Part shown: positions 37,235 through 50,693 of the stretch, in pieces
Layout of the letters: each line of letters starts with the position of its first letter
Position numbering within the stretch: position 1 is the first letter of the stretch
Source of the DNA: Narcine bancroftii
Taxonomy: Eukaryota
Length of the DNA: 64,000 bases
Assembly (NCBI RefSeq): GCF_036971445.1
Contig: NC_091480.1
Coordinates: 79,732,001 to 79,796,000, forward strand
Direction of reading: 5' to 3'
The notes under the pieces: generated by a model
Seen by the model: the letters and a program-made list of their open reading frames with translations, nothing else
Told to the model about the DNA's origin: nothing
Database searches by the model: none
Position numbers and translations under genes: made by a program

Positions 37235-40200
37235 CCATCTATCTTTCTACCTATCTAGCTACATTCACACATATTAAAAAGGTGAAGGCAATTTTTGTAA
37301 TTTCCAAAGGCTTTCTTTTCCATATTACTAGGAAGTTGGTTTATGCGATGTGCAATCACTTTAATTATTTAAACATTATCCACTATATTATATCAAAATC
37401 CATCAATATTTGATTTAACTCAACAGTCGAGCGATAAAATACTCGTAGCAAAATCTGTCTCAGATGAATCCATGTTGCATTAATGAATGTTCTCATTTGG
37501 CTTATTTTTTTTGTACAGGGGTCACAAAAGCTTAGTTCTCATCTATCAAAGAAACAAGACTTTACGGTAATAACACAGCAGCGATGAACTGCTCCAGCAA
37601 TGCATTATTACAGCCATAAATTCTTATTCATTACATTATGAAAAACAGAAGGGCAAGGGAAATTACTGCAGAAAATACCGCATCTGAAATTTAAACATAA
37701 ATATCACAAATGATGACTATTTTCTTTTAAAAATCGAAAGCATCAGCGCAAACCTATTTAAAGCATTCGCAAAAGGATTCGTTTCGTCTCAAATTCTGGC
37801 GTCACAATTAATTTTATTCAACTTCATTAAAGTGGTTTGAAAGATTTATTTTAAAGGTCCCGAAAATATCTGACACCAAAGCCAACTTCACGCCTTCCTC
37901 TCCATCAACGGATGGGCTCAGGAAAAAAAAATCAGGTTAAAACAAAGTTAAAAGTTTCCGTTCATTAAATGCGACATTTTAACTAAACCAACCGGCAGCT
38001 CCATTGTGACACACAGACCTTTGCGTTCAGAAAGCCTAATGCATTTGTAGGAAGTTGATTATTTTCTTTGGATATTTTCGGAAACTTTTTCCTTCGGTTT
38101 GCAAATTTAATGCACAAGGGATAAGATACTAAAAGCTGAAGTTCACAGCTACTTTCACAATGCATTGATGTAAGCGTATTCTGATCGAGACATTTTCACG
38201 ATTTGAACATAACTGTTTTAAAAAAAAGTTTTGTGTTTTTCTTGGCACAGAGATTAAGTTTGGTGAAAGATATAAACAAGGTAGACGTCAATAAATCCAA
38301 TATGGAAATGAGGGAAATAAGGGGAATGTGTTTGTCCAGAGAAAGTTTTAGTTGAGGTTACTCAGATAAACGTGCTTAACAGAAATAAACACGGAGCGGG
38401 GTGGGGGGGGGGGGGGGGTACAACAACAACAGAGAGAGAGAAATATAAGGATATGTCGATGTACGCTGGAAGAGGTCTATTTGTCATATAAAGACCATTG
38501 AAGGCCAGTTTCGTTGCAGCAGGAGCCATTTGTCCCAACCAGTCTGTGTTCACTGGTTATATTTCATCTGGGCCTTCTCGAGATGTCAATATCATCAAAA
38601 GAATTGAAGTAATGGAAATGTACCGCATGGAACCAGGCCTTTTGGTCCAGTCGACCACGCTAAAGATGAAGACCGATCTGATTACACCCTGACACGTATT
38701 TTAGCATCTTCAAGTTAATTTTTTAAACAGCTATAATTGGTTTTATTTTCTCTTTGAAAATAACATTTACATTTTGAATAAGTAAAGCAAATCCTTTGAA
38801 TGGCCTGCATCCGTTATCAAGAATTGCCTGTAAAGTTTGCGGTGAAGCAGCTCCCGGATTTTAAGAGGTAACCTAACTCATCCCTCTCTTCAAAGAGCCC
38901 GGTTGCTCCCATGACAAGTATTTGCATTCATACTTGCATAAGCAAACACGCGCCTCCAAGAAGTGATCTTCCTGCACTCCTCGAACGCAGAAGTGTGTCT
39001 GCATTGACCTGTCCAATACGCCAAACGGTATCGTACCAAAAATAACGTCCAAGAAACTTCATAAAACCAATGTTTGGTCAATAATTGACCACGCAAGTTC
39101 AAATCCTCGACCTATAGAGGTATTTATACATAGTATCGTGTGATAATTTAATAAGGAATTCAATGAAGAGATTGCATTTCTTTATTTGCAAGAACATTTT
39201 ACATTAACTCCATGGATTGATAGTGCCGGAAAAGAGACGGCGAAAAGGCTGTCAAATGGCAGGAAAGGCGATTCGAACTCTGTTGGAGTGAGGTTATTCC
39301 CTTATTAAATATATTTTGAATAATTGACAGGACGTTTTAGAATTGGAAACTTCTCTGATTACAACTCTAATGGGGAATGGATTCCTATGCCTCACAGTCA
39401 TAGCCATTACAACACCAGACTCCTGCTTTCCAGTTAATCCTCTTGCTACGATGAGACCTTGGGGAGTAGAAACGGATGAATCGAGGTCGCAGTGGGCAGG
39501 ATTGGGGTCTTTGTAACCCTATCCTTCGCCGGAGTAGGGGAATCGAAGGAATATCTCAATATTATGATCTCCAATAGAGTAAGCATTTGACATTTCATAA
39601 ATATATCCCAGTAACCATATCCCATAAATACAAGCGTCTAACCACAAATCCGTAGATCTACATCATTCGCAATTATAACTCAATTTTAATATCCAAGAAA
39701 TAAGAGTACATATTTCATCTTCAAACAAACACGCTGCAAACGGCCACGTTGATAAATTAAGTTGCGTTGAGTTATTTGCTTTGACTAGTATTTTTTTAAA
39801 GATGCTTTTACCACTTTTTAATCAATATTAAAGATGCAGACCAAAATCCGCGCCAAGGAAAGACTGGAATTCGGATTTTTTTTAGAGAATGTATTTGATC
39901 TCAACGGTATCTTTGCAATAGATTAAAATTCTGTCAATAAATGTTCTTACTTTAAAGTGAAACACGGCTTACCCCACAGAGCGTCATTAGGAGATCATGA
40001 GTTTCACTTTTAAGAAGCGCACGGACTCCTTTTAATATATCACAGCTATCTCCAGATCAGGGAATACATCAAGGGAAGGGTACCAGGTAATGAATTGCAG
40101 CTAATGAGCAATTATAAATATATAATTCTTTGCATAAATTAAAATACATATGTATATATAAATTAAACCCAATCAGACTTAACTGTACTGTGAACGGATC

Positions 40201-41409
40201 TTCTCCAGAGAAGTAAAATCAATAAAATTTTTGAATTTTAGGTGGCCCTGCTAAAAGGCAAAAGTTAATATATTAAATGTATAAATATCAAATCTCCCTG
40301 CGGTTTTCCTCTTCTAAGAGTCTTTGTACGACGGGAAATTAAAAGTCACGTTACTGATATATTTTTATATTTTGACAGCAGAGCAACGTTTTCTTCACTG
40401 GCTGGAACCCGAATAGCTGTTGATAGAAATGTACAACAAACAAACTCCAAAATGTGCAATTGGATGGGCATGTTGTGGGATAAATTTAAATATAATATAT
40501 TCTCAGCTTTTCTAATTGTCCTCATGAGGCAAAGGAGTGGAAAAGACGGCAAGAATCCCGGCCGAACATTCTAGACATGCATTTTTGTGCATTGTTTTGG
40601 GGACATTCAAATTTTATTTCCGCGATCTAAGCGGAAACTGGCAACAACTAAGTTCTCGTGACAATTGCATAGGTTGCACTGTGACTCATTTAAGGAGCAC
40701 AGGCCTTTTAAGTACAAATGCCATGTCACATTAGTAATATCAGAGCGAGAGCTTTGAGGCCAGATACCTGTAATATATATTGTTTTGAGTTCTAATTTAA
40801 AGCACCTGGTACAGGCATCCAGTTTCCAGGAGGGCGCATGGAATTGAGATCTCGTTATTTGCACTGTATTCCAACTCCTACAATTTTTTCTCTCCAAAGA
40901 TTTGATCGCTGGTCACACATGAGAAGTTAAAAACCACCTTTTAAGAAGCGAATTATTTCAACAAGAATCTTCAGAAGTGGCTCGGGTTTCGCATATTGTT
41001 TTGAGTCAGCGGTTCTGGGAGGAGAGATATTGACTTTGACCTCGAAACCTGATTCTTACTAATGTCCTTTACATAGTGGATATTCCAGATTTTTCTCATT
41101 ATTTCCCCATCAGCTCAAGAACGCGTGTGTCTGTGCAATCGGTAAATAATTCACTTTACCTAGTGGTGTTGATGCTGGGGAACTGCCCACAAGATCGAAA
41201 CGATCCGGACAGAATATTTCCCTTTGCTGCCATTCCCGGGCGGTGGAGCTTAATTCGCTGCTCCTATTATTGACCTGGTGATGGCCGTTATCTTTTAATG
41301 GCTGGAAACCCCGTAGTTCCAACAGTTATGTGGACAGTTGCAACCTACTCAGCGGCCGTGAATAGTGGAGCACGGTTAGATCTAAAATTTCGCTTGCTCA
41401 TTTGACAAA

Positions 41410-43030
41410 GAAGTGAAACACGGACATCTGCAGACGCTGTGATTTTGACAGTAAATGCTGGAGGGACTCAGCCGGTCTCGCAGCGTCTATAGGAGGTAAA
41501 GATATATTACCGACGTTGCGGGCCTGAGCCCTTCCTCAAGGTATAAACAAAAAGCAGACATGGGTCTCAAGAAAGACTGAGAAAGGTGGAAGAATGGGAG
41601 GGGGAGGAGACAGGATCAACAAACAAAGGGTGTTAATTGGATATGATAAGAGGAGAAGTGAGAATTGGTTTTAGCTTTGTGAAAGGAGACAGAGGGAAAA
41701 GGGAAGAGAGAGAGAGAGAGAGAAATGGAGGAAATAAAGACAGGGATGAAGATGTGGTGGTGGGGGGGGGGGGGGGGTTGTGTGAGGTGGAATTATTGGA
41801 AACCGGAGAAATCAATGTTAATGCCATCTGGTTGGAAGCTGCCCCGACAAAAGATGAGGTGTTGTTCCTTCAATTTGCCGGAGGTCTCATCTGGAAATGC
41901 ATTAGACCATGTCAGCAAGGGAATGGGATGGCGAATTGAAATGGGTGGCCACTGGGAGATCCATGCTATTGTGCAGGACAAAGCCTAAGTGCCCAACAAA
42001 GTGATCTCCCAGTCTGTGCCCAGTCTCTCCTATGTGGAGGAGACCACAGTGGGAGCACAGGATGCAGTAGATGACCCCTGCAGATTCACAAGTGAAATGT
42101 TGCTTCACTTGGAAGGATTGTTTTGGGGCCTGGAATGGTGGTGAGGGAGGAGGTATGGGTGCAGGTGGAGCATCTCCTGTGGTCACAGGGGACAATTGGT
42201 GGGAGGGAGGAGTGGACGAGGGAGTCATGGAGGGAGCAGTCCATGCGGAAGGTGGAGAAGGAAATACTTGTCTGGTGCTGGGATCACGAAGGAGGTGCTA
42301 GAAATGGTGGAGAATATATTGGACATGGAGGCTGGTGGGTTGGAAGGTGAAGACAAGGGAAATCCTGTCCTTGTGCATGAGAGTGGGAGTGGAGGGGGCC
42401 AGGGCAGATGCAGTGGCAGATGAACTACCACTAGGGCCCTTGACCTTGCCCCACCATAGGCCCGGGTTACCCCTTGCTCCCTGCCATGTGCCCGGGCTAC
42501 TCCTGGTGCCCCTCACTCACCACCACTGGCCTGGCTACCCCTGTTGTCCTTTGCTCCCTGCCACTGCCCAGGCCACCCCTCACTCCCTGTCACAGACCTG
42601 GTTACCCACAACACCCCTTGCTCCCTGCTGTGGCTCATGCCACCCCTCCTGTTGTTCATTTACTGACAAGCTGGACACCAGTATTTTGGAGCCCCCTCCT
42701 CACATACGCTGCTGCTGACTGCTCCCAGAAACCACCACCCCAGCAATAGTGCGACACCAACTCTGGCCCACAGTCACCAGCTTCACCGCCCAGTGAGTGC
42801 AAAACGATAAACTGAGACCAGACTACCTTTTACTGAGTAGGGTGAAGCCTAGGGGCCTGAAGGGGCCCAAGCCCCCAGGCTTCAGCCTACTCAGCCTAAT
42901 GGTTAATCCGCCACTGTACACTGTGCAGGTAATGGAGGATATTGGGGTGATGGCTGAGTTGTTGGTGGTAGAAGGAAAGCCACGTTGTTTGAAGAAGGAA
43001 AACATCTCTGATGAATTTGAGCAACATCTA
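41410..43030 (-). mobile_element. Penelope-like retroelement fragment with GIY-YIG endonuclease, interrupted at 42411-42916
   Basis: Minus-strand FTCESAGVIYCILCSHCGLLHIGETG...PVATHFN and DRISLVFTFQP; frameshifted; hammerhead-like motif near the terminus. Confidence 0.85.
42411..42916. mobile_element. Non-autonomous DNA transposon (hAT-like TIRs) nested in the Penelope copy
   Basis: Left end CAGTGGCAGATGAACT versus reverse complement of right end CAGTGGCGGATTAACC (13/16 match); Penelope sequence resumes on both sides; no clean TSD. Confidence 0.6.
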
Positions 43031-43239
43031 ATTTTCCTATTTGAAAGGCAGCTTGGTGGCAGCTCCACTCTCTTCACTTCTTTAGAAAATTTAAATCACT
43101 TTTTTTGAGTTAAGTATTTGCTAAACATGCACATTTAAACACTGCAACTGCAATGGATTATTGATATTATTAGATACCAACATACATATTGAAATAGGTA
43201 ACGAGTTGCTTACTGCTGTTTATTTTATCACAAGCATGT

Positions 43240-43408
43240 TCACACAGACAGACACACACATGCAGTCACAAACACAGCCAGACACATAGACAGACACAGA
43301 CAAACACACATACAGACAGACACACACACACAGACGCACAGACACACATACACAGTCACACAGACAGACACACACAGAGACAGATACACATAAACACACA
43401 CACACACA
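43240..43408. repeat. Compound (CA)/(GACA) simple repeat
   Basis: Degenerate CACAGACA array. Confidence 0.9.
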
Positions 43409-45157
43409 TTGCTTAAATGAATAATAACTCGTTGGTATCAAAGTGTATCCAACTTAAATAAATTCTGTGCACAAATGGTGATCAAAAGAATTGCCTGCTT
43501 TTCTCTGTTGCTCTTTACATTTTGGAAAGGTTTTAGAGTAATTCCACATTTATTTCTTTTTCTGTTTCATTGCTGTGTATAAATCTGGTGAGTGGGCATT
43601 AACGACCAACTTAAGACAAGGGTGCGATTCAATTCTAATATGTTTGAGCCAATAAGAACAAATCATGTTCTTGTTAAAATAATTCTATGATAAAAGTCCC
43701 GTGAAAAACAAAGGGCTCGATAGTGGCAAATAGTCGCTGTTATTGCTCAAAATTCGACATAGACTTGTTCTGAACTCCGAGCCGTGTGCCAGTTGTTAAG
43801 CATTTGGCAGGCGGTTGGACCTACAGAACCATCACACATCGTGAACTGTTGACGGTGACCTTACAGGTGCGAAACACGAGTCGTGATGAATATCAACCAG
43901 ACAGCTGGTATCTAGGAAATGAATCATTGTTTAGTGCCGGTAAAAGGGCTGATGTCGGCACGGTGAGCAGTGGGGCAAACTTGGCGCTTTCGCTTCAGAC
44001 TTTCACCTTGAGTGCCTTAGAAAAGATGTCGAAAACTTTCAACGGGTCATGAATAAAATATAATTAAACGGAATACTTTTGGCGTAGCCTCCGAATACGG
44101 AGCCAGAAGCCAGTAGGATGTTTTCATCATGTTTCAAACAATAATCCAGCAAATATAATAACGCCATGTACTTGAAACCTTCTAAACCCCTTAGGTTTAA
44201 AAAAATATAAGCGTGCCCTGTGCTTCTGCCTGAGTGTTGAAATCTATTCCCTGCGCATTGGTTCTTTTATCGCAGTCAAAATACAATCCAACTCTTCTTG
44301 GGTTGAAAGGTTATCTCTGTGTAAATGCTTGGACTCAGTTAAACCTGTTTGAGGAAAAACAGATGTGATTCGTAGCATATTTGAAGGCTATGCACCCTGG
44401 GCGTGTGCACACGCCAGTAAAACCACATCAGGCACTTGCTCAAGGGGAGTTTTGAAAACCAAGAGCGATAATGTCAACTCACTTTATTGGGTTCTATCAG
44501 TTGGGGAGAGATCTAGAACCAACATTATTTTTTCCCTCTCTCTCGACAAACCTATAATTCTTGATAAGAAGCCAAAAAGTATATTTGCTTGATGTAATCT
44601 AATACTTGATTACCATTTGGGTTTCTGAGAAATTAATGTCGCGACCTTTGTTAAGTAATGGGACAAATATTTATTACAATACCATGTAATCCGTTAGAAT
44701 ATATAGGCTGTTTAGTAATGTTCTGCAAGTGGTTTCCTGGTAATACTGTAGTAATGATGTCACCGAGGAGGTTAATGACCAGAGCAGATGGTGCGGGTTT
44801 AAAACGACACTGGACACTTTTGGTTGGAGGTATTGAAGTGGAATCACTGGCATCAATAAAAACCAACAGGATCGTTCTTTTGAAGTCTTGGTCAATTTAA
44901 AAAAAACTCAATCTTTTGGGTTGGTGTGTCCGAAAATATTATTATATGTTGAAAATAAAATCAGCAGATGGTGTAATTCTGAAATAAAAACTGATGAAAA
45001 ATCTTTCATCTGAAACATTAAATCTTTCCACAAAATGCTGCCTGACTGACCTGTTTGAGTGTTTCCGGCATTTTCTGATTTTATAAAAAAAGATGACCTA
45101 TATATGCTTTTTTTTGGTGCGTTGGCATCATTGGAGAGGCTTTATCTTGTTGCTCTG

Positions 45158-45474
45158 AGAATCAGAATCAGGTTATTGTCATGAGCATGTGTCAAGAAAT
45201 TTGTTGTTTTGCATTACGGGTGAAAATTTGTTCTACATTATATTTCATTAAATACAGTTTTTAAAAATCAATAATTAGTGCAAAAGAAGAGAAGAACTGA
45301 GGTAGTGTCTGTGGTTCATTGTCCTTTCAGAAATCTGACTGTGGAGGGGAAGAAGCTGTTTTTGAGCCAGTGGGTGCACATCTTCAGGCTCCTGTACTTC
45401 CTTCCTGATGGTAGCAGTGACAAGAAGGCAATGGCCTGGCTGGTGAGGGTCCTTGATGATCGAGACTGATTTCA
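45158..45474 (-). mobile_element. Rex1/Babar-type LINE 3' end
   Basis: (AGAATC)n tail and IIKDPHQPGH / LLPSGRKYRSL-type sequence on minus; similar to 60100-60400. Confidence 0.7.
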
Positions 45475-45948
45475 GATTTGTTAAGATAGCTCTAGCCGTA
45501 GCAAAAAAATGTATTATGTCAACCTGGAAATTGGAAGATAATTTGAGAATACAACAATGGTATATAGAAATGAATAGATGTATTCCATTAGAAAAAATAA
45601 CATATAGTTTAAGAAATAATATTGAAATATTTGAACAAATATGGGAGCCATACATGAAACACAATAGAGAAAACCTATCAGGGACATTTACCACCTAAAT
45701 TAACGAAAGGAGGAGGAAATGAAAAGAATTGACTCAGTGGAATTTCTTGTTTATTTTTATTGAATTACAACATTGTTTGACTGGTTTAATGTATCTTAGA
45801 TTTTGAACTTTAAATGGGTGGGGGGGGGGAAGTAGGGAGGGTGGGATGGGAGGAGGGGGGGAGAAAATGACACTGTATATATTTGAAAAGGAAAATGTAT
45901 GTATCATGGTCAATGTGGTTTATGGTGTGAAAAAAAATTTTTAAAAAA
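45475..45948 (+). mobile_element. 5'-truncated L1-clade LINE with 13-bp target site duplication
   Basis: ORF2 C-terminus ALAVAKKCIMSTWK...PLEKITY...FEQIWEPY; G-rich 3' UTR; A-rich tail; GAGACTGATTTCA at 45462-45474 and 45949-45961. Confidence 0.85.
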
Positions 45949-46562
45949 GAGACTGATTTCATGAGACACCATCTCTTAAAGAAGAATATTATGAGCTATT
46001 TTCATGACCTATGGCTGTAGTGATTTGGACCAAGATTAAAAACTAGCCACAATGGTCTAGGACTCAGTTACAAATGACAATGATGTTTATTTCCCTGTGC
46101 ACCAGCTGAGCTTTTGACTATCTACAGCTTTGTATTCACTTTTATTGAATCATCTTTTCTTTCTTTCAACAAAAAAAAATTGTTAAATTGCCTTCAAAGA
46201 ATAAGAATCTCCATCTCTGTTAGCATACATATCTTTGGTTACCAATAATGATAGGTTTGTTGCAATTATCCATATTTCACAGTAATGTAGCAAAATCATT
46301 GCTTATTTGCCTTTTTCTCCATACAAGCCTCTTCCCGCCCAACTTTGTCTAACCTTGCTCCTTCAAGTAATTATTCAGCTTCCCCTTGGAAGCATAGACT
46401 TGACTTGCCATAACTCTCCGCAGTGGAAGAATTCTCACATTTAAATCTCTTTCTTGAGAAAGAAATTTTTCATGAATTCTTAAGTAATTTTGTTGCTATA
46501 TTTTTTATGCATTTATGTGCCTTAAATTTGGTTTTTCCTCATGTAAAAATATCTCATCTACA

Positions 46563-46795
46563 GAGGCAGCACGGTTAGTACAGAGGTTAACACAGTGACC
46601 GGGGTTCAAATCTTATGCTGTCTGTAAGGATTTTGTACATTCTCCGCATGTCAGTATGGGTTTCCTCCAGGTGCTCTGGTTTCCTCCCAAGTTCAAAAGG
46701 CATACAAGGTGAGTAGGTTAATTAGTTATATGGCTGTGTTTGGGCAGCGGGGACGTGGGCTGGAAGGGCTTGTTTCTGTGCTCTATCTCTAAGTT
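46563..46795 (+). mobile_element. tRNA-derived V-SINE (HE1-like)
   Basis: GGCAGCACGGTTAG head, GGGTTCAAATC B-box, core TGGGTTTCCTCCAGGTGCTCTGGTTTCCTCCC. Confidence 0.8.
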
Positions 46796-47254
46796 TAGCA
46801 AATTAAATTAAAAGTAAATATCTAGCCTTGTCATTAATCTTTAATGTGACTATTAATAGGCTTCTCTAATTTTCCAAATCATTAAATTAAAAAGAGCAGC
46901 TGCCCAGTGAGGATAAAACAAATACCATTCAGAAGATGAATGGCCAAAGCTTAAGGACAGCGTGTGGCTTTAATGTGAGAGGTCTGAAAGCATTTCTGGA
47001 TTTTGCATTGCTTCCACTAACTCTTCAGTGAATCATTTATATAGGTGAGGTGACATGAACAGAATGAAATGAGCTTTTCTGCATTGATAACAGAGTGACT
47101 CTCTTACTTTACATGTCTTAATGCCTTAATTACAATAGCAGATGGAAGAATTACCTATGAAGACATTAACCTATCATCAAAATGATTTGTGCTTTGAAAT
47201 TTCATGCTAAACTTGTGACCCATTCAGTAATTTTGTTTGAATATTTTGTTTTTG

Positions 47255-47960
47255 ATTTTTTTTCAAAAATACACATAGTTAAATCTTGAACATCACAATA
47301 TATTAAACCTTTTCTTCCAAAAAATAAAAACAAAACAGTCCCTCCCTCCCTCCCTCCCCCTTTCCATACATACAGATCTGCACTCTGTCAGAGTTTACAT
47401 ATCTTTTAAATATATAGAATACAATTGGGGAAATCATGTTTGGATTTATAGTATTTATAGTAACATTTATAGTCCTTTTTTTAATTACTGTATCTGGCCC
47501 CTATGTGGTCCAGGTATGGCTCCCAGACCTTTACAAAAGTGTCATAATTATTCATTAAGTTATATGTGATTATTTTCCATAGGTATCCAGCTGTTCATTT
47601 CTGCAGTCCATTGTGCTATAAGTAGAGGGGAGTCAGACTTCCAGGTGATCGTGATACATTTTTTGCTACCGTCACTGCTATTTTGTTGATCATTTCCATA
47701 AAATTACCAAGTAGATACAGCTCCAGGTCACCTGTGAAGGCCACTCCTGTTATCCTGGTTAATTTTTCTGTGATGTCTTGCCAAAATGGCCTCACCTTCA
47801 CGCATGAATATGGAGCATGTAAAAAAGTTCCTGTCTCAGTCCCACATCTGAAACACATCTCTGCTATTTCTGCTTTTGATCTATGTAATTTCTATGTGAT
47901 AAGATATAATTGGTGAAAAAAATTATACTAAACCAATCCTATATTGCATTTATAACTCTC
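47255..47960 (-). mobile_element. L1-clade LINE 3' fragment
   Basis: Zinc knuckle CFRC-x7-H-x4-C followed by PFW, and AVAKN; related to the 45475 element. Confidence 0.8.
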
Positions 47961-49039
47961 CTTAAGTCCTTAAAAACATTTTTTAGCATCTTTCATTACC
48001 TTTGAATATTGGAAAACATCTATAGCCAACCAGATACTTTTGAACTGTAGAAAATTGGGTCACAGAATCTATGAATATAAATTTCCTCCCCCCAATTTAA
48101 ATGACTGGATAATGTGTTTAAGGTGTTACCGAGAAAGTACCACGGAAACTTTTCTGTTGGTTAGATAAATGTATCCAAAGAGTACCTCTTTAGAGCAGTA
48201 CAAAAATATCGGCATTTATCATAGACTCAGATCTCAGGATTTGGAGGGGTGGGGGGGGGAACGATGGTGGTGATAGGGTTCATCCATAGTTTTCTGACCC
48301 AGAATTGAAAGTTTCATGCAGTAAGGCAAGACATTGTTTACAAAAGTTAACACGGATCTTGCTGTGCATAAATTAATGGTCATTCTTCCAACAATATAAG
48401 AGTGATTACAATTAAAAAGAACTGCAATGGCTATGAGGGGCCTGGGATGTTCTGAAACTCTGACAGACGTGATAGATTTCTCATCCTTTTCAAGGAACAC
48501 ATAATTTTTTCAGCTTTGCAGTTGCGCTGATTGGAGCTGCATGGAGCTGTCTAAACTTCAGTGTAGGGTGTTCTTTGTCTCATTTACAGTTAAGCAGAAC
48601 TGACTGTGCTGGGTGGCCATTGGCTAACGCTGCAAAAACAAATACTGGCTTTAAAACCGCCCTGTGCATATTCAAAACAACAATGACTGACATAAATCTC
48701 TGATATGACTTTTAAACCAGTAATAACAGTGACAGCTCTGGACATAACACTTAAGGAGATTTAAGGAAACTATAATTAAATCATCTAAATGGGACGCTCA
48801 TTATGAATATACTTGTAATTGTGTGATTCTTATCACTAACGCTGTGATCTAATACCCTGTCAATGTAATTATACTGCAGAACCCAGGTCCTCAGTGCTGG
48901 AGGAGAAATTTTCACCAAAACAGAGAATACATATATTATAGAAAATGAGATCGCCTGTCACTTTATTCAGGTACAAATTAATCTATTAATATGTGAACAA
49001 ATATCTTATAAATATCAATATTATAAATGTATATTTGTA

Positions 49040-49345
49040 GAAAATAGTTCTTTATTCCTGTACTCAAAGCCAATATAGCATTTGCCTTCTTAATTGCTTG
49101 AGTCACCTGCTTGATAATGTTCCATATTCTGTCTGCAAGGAGACTTAACTTTTCCCAGTATGTTACCTTTTTAAAAAATACTCTAGGTCAGTGTTTAGTG
49201 AAATGGATAATGTCACTTTTTTCTCCATAAAATTGCATCTGTCATTCACACTTATTCACTTAGAATCCCTCTATCCTCTTAAAGTCTCTTAATGTCCTCC
49301 TCCCTCCTCACAAACTTCCCTAGTTTTGGAACATCAACAAACTTA
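49040..49345 (-). mobile_element. CR1 LINE fragment, continued at about 53075-53300
   Basis: Minus strand of CATCAACAAACTT reads KFVD (decayed KFADD RT motif); CR1-like sequence resumes after the Harbinger insertion. Confidence 0.55.
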
Positions 49346-49424
49346 AGCCCTTTTTTGCATTAAAAAGCCGTGTTATTGCTGTATACACGACCCATCCCTG
49401 GAAGTCGGCTTGCTTGTTCACACA

Positions 49425-50446
49425 GAACAGTGCTGGTCAAGAAGCTACAAACTCTAGTCTCTGTATCCCCCTCTGCAAATGGATCCTTGACTTCTCATCG
49501 GAAGACCACAGTCAGTACAAATTGGAAACAACATCTCCTCCGCACTGATTATCAACACAGGCGCACCCCAAGGATGTGTGCTTAGCCCACTGCTCTACTC
49601 GTTATCCATCCACGACTGTGTGGCCAGGCACAATTCCAATGCCATCTACAAGTTTGCCGATGACACCACAGTTGTTGGCAGAATCACAAATGGCAATGAG
49701 GAAGCGTACAGGAGGGAGATAGATCAGCTCGTTGAATGGTGTAAAGACAAAAACCATGTGCTCAACATCAGCAAAACCAAGGAGATGATTGTGGAGGAAG
49801 TCAGGGGAAGATGACCCAGTCCTCATCAAGGGCTCAGTAGTGGAGAGGGTCAAGAACTTCAAATTCCTGGGTGTCAACATCTCCGAGGATCTGTCCTGGA
49901 TCCTCCATGTCGCCAGAGGCTATACATTGTGAGGAGCTTGAAGAGATTCGGTATGTCGCCGAAGACTCTCATAAACATCTACAGGTGTACTGTGGAGAGC
50001 ATTCTGTCTGGTTGCATCACTGCCTGGTAGAAGGTGCCAACTCTCAGGACAAGAATAAACTCCAGAGGGCTGTTAAATCGGCCTGCGACATCAATGGCAC
50101 CAGACTTCACTCCATCGAGGATATCTACAAGTGGCAGTGTCTTAAAAAAGCAGCCTCCCCACCACCCAGGCCAGGCCCTCTTCACTCTGCTATCATTGGG
50201 AAAAAGGTACAGGAGCCTAAATATGAGCACTCAACGGCACAAGGACAGCTTCTTCCCCGCTGCCATCAGATTCCCGAATGATCAATGAATCAAAGTGCTT
50301 TTCGTCCACTATTATTATTATCATTATTTTATTTTTTATAGTAATGTTGTAAGATGGTTATAATATGAACGTTTGCTCCATGACGCTGCTGAAAAAACAC
50401 GGAATTTCATGACTTGTTCATGACAATAAATCCTGATCCTGATTCT
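49425..50446 (+). mobile_element. Rex1/Babar LINE reverse transcriptase fragment nested in the Harbinger
   Basis: GAPQGCVLSPLLYSL...KFADDTTVVG; HPGQALFTLLSLGKRYRSL; AATAAA plus (CCTGAT)n tail; frameshifts. Confidence 0.9.
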
Positions 50447-50693
50447 AATTCAGTGTGTGCTGGTGCCTTCGAAGGCACACATATTCTCATCACTGCTCCC
50501 CCCCCCCCTCCCTCCATGATGACACACAAGCCTACTACAATCGGGAAGGGTGGTAGTTGATTGTTATTTAAGCTGTGTTTGACCACAACTACTGGTAAGA
50601 AACTTGGCCTGAGTTACAGTTATCTGTATTTATCAGTGAATGTGTAATGTGTTGCATATGTCGATGTGTACATTCATTCCTTTGTTTTTCCAG

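Noticed and set aside
37899-37921. GGATGGGCTCAG resembling the mouse b1-ARE R1 flank
   Set aside because: Lacks the TGAT/AGAT Pbx half-site in register; likely chance.
40824-40837. CTCF-like TTCCAGGAGGGCGC near the repeat boundary
   Set aside because: Too many mismatches to the core to call without PWM scoring.
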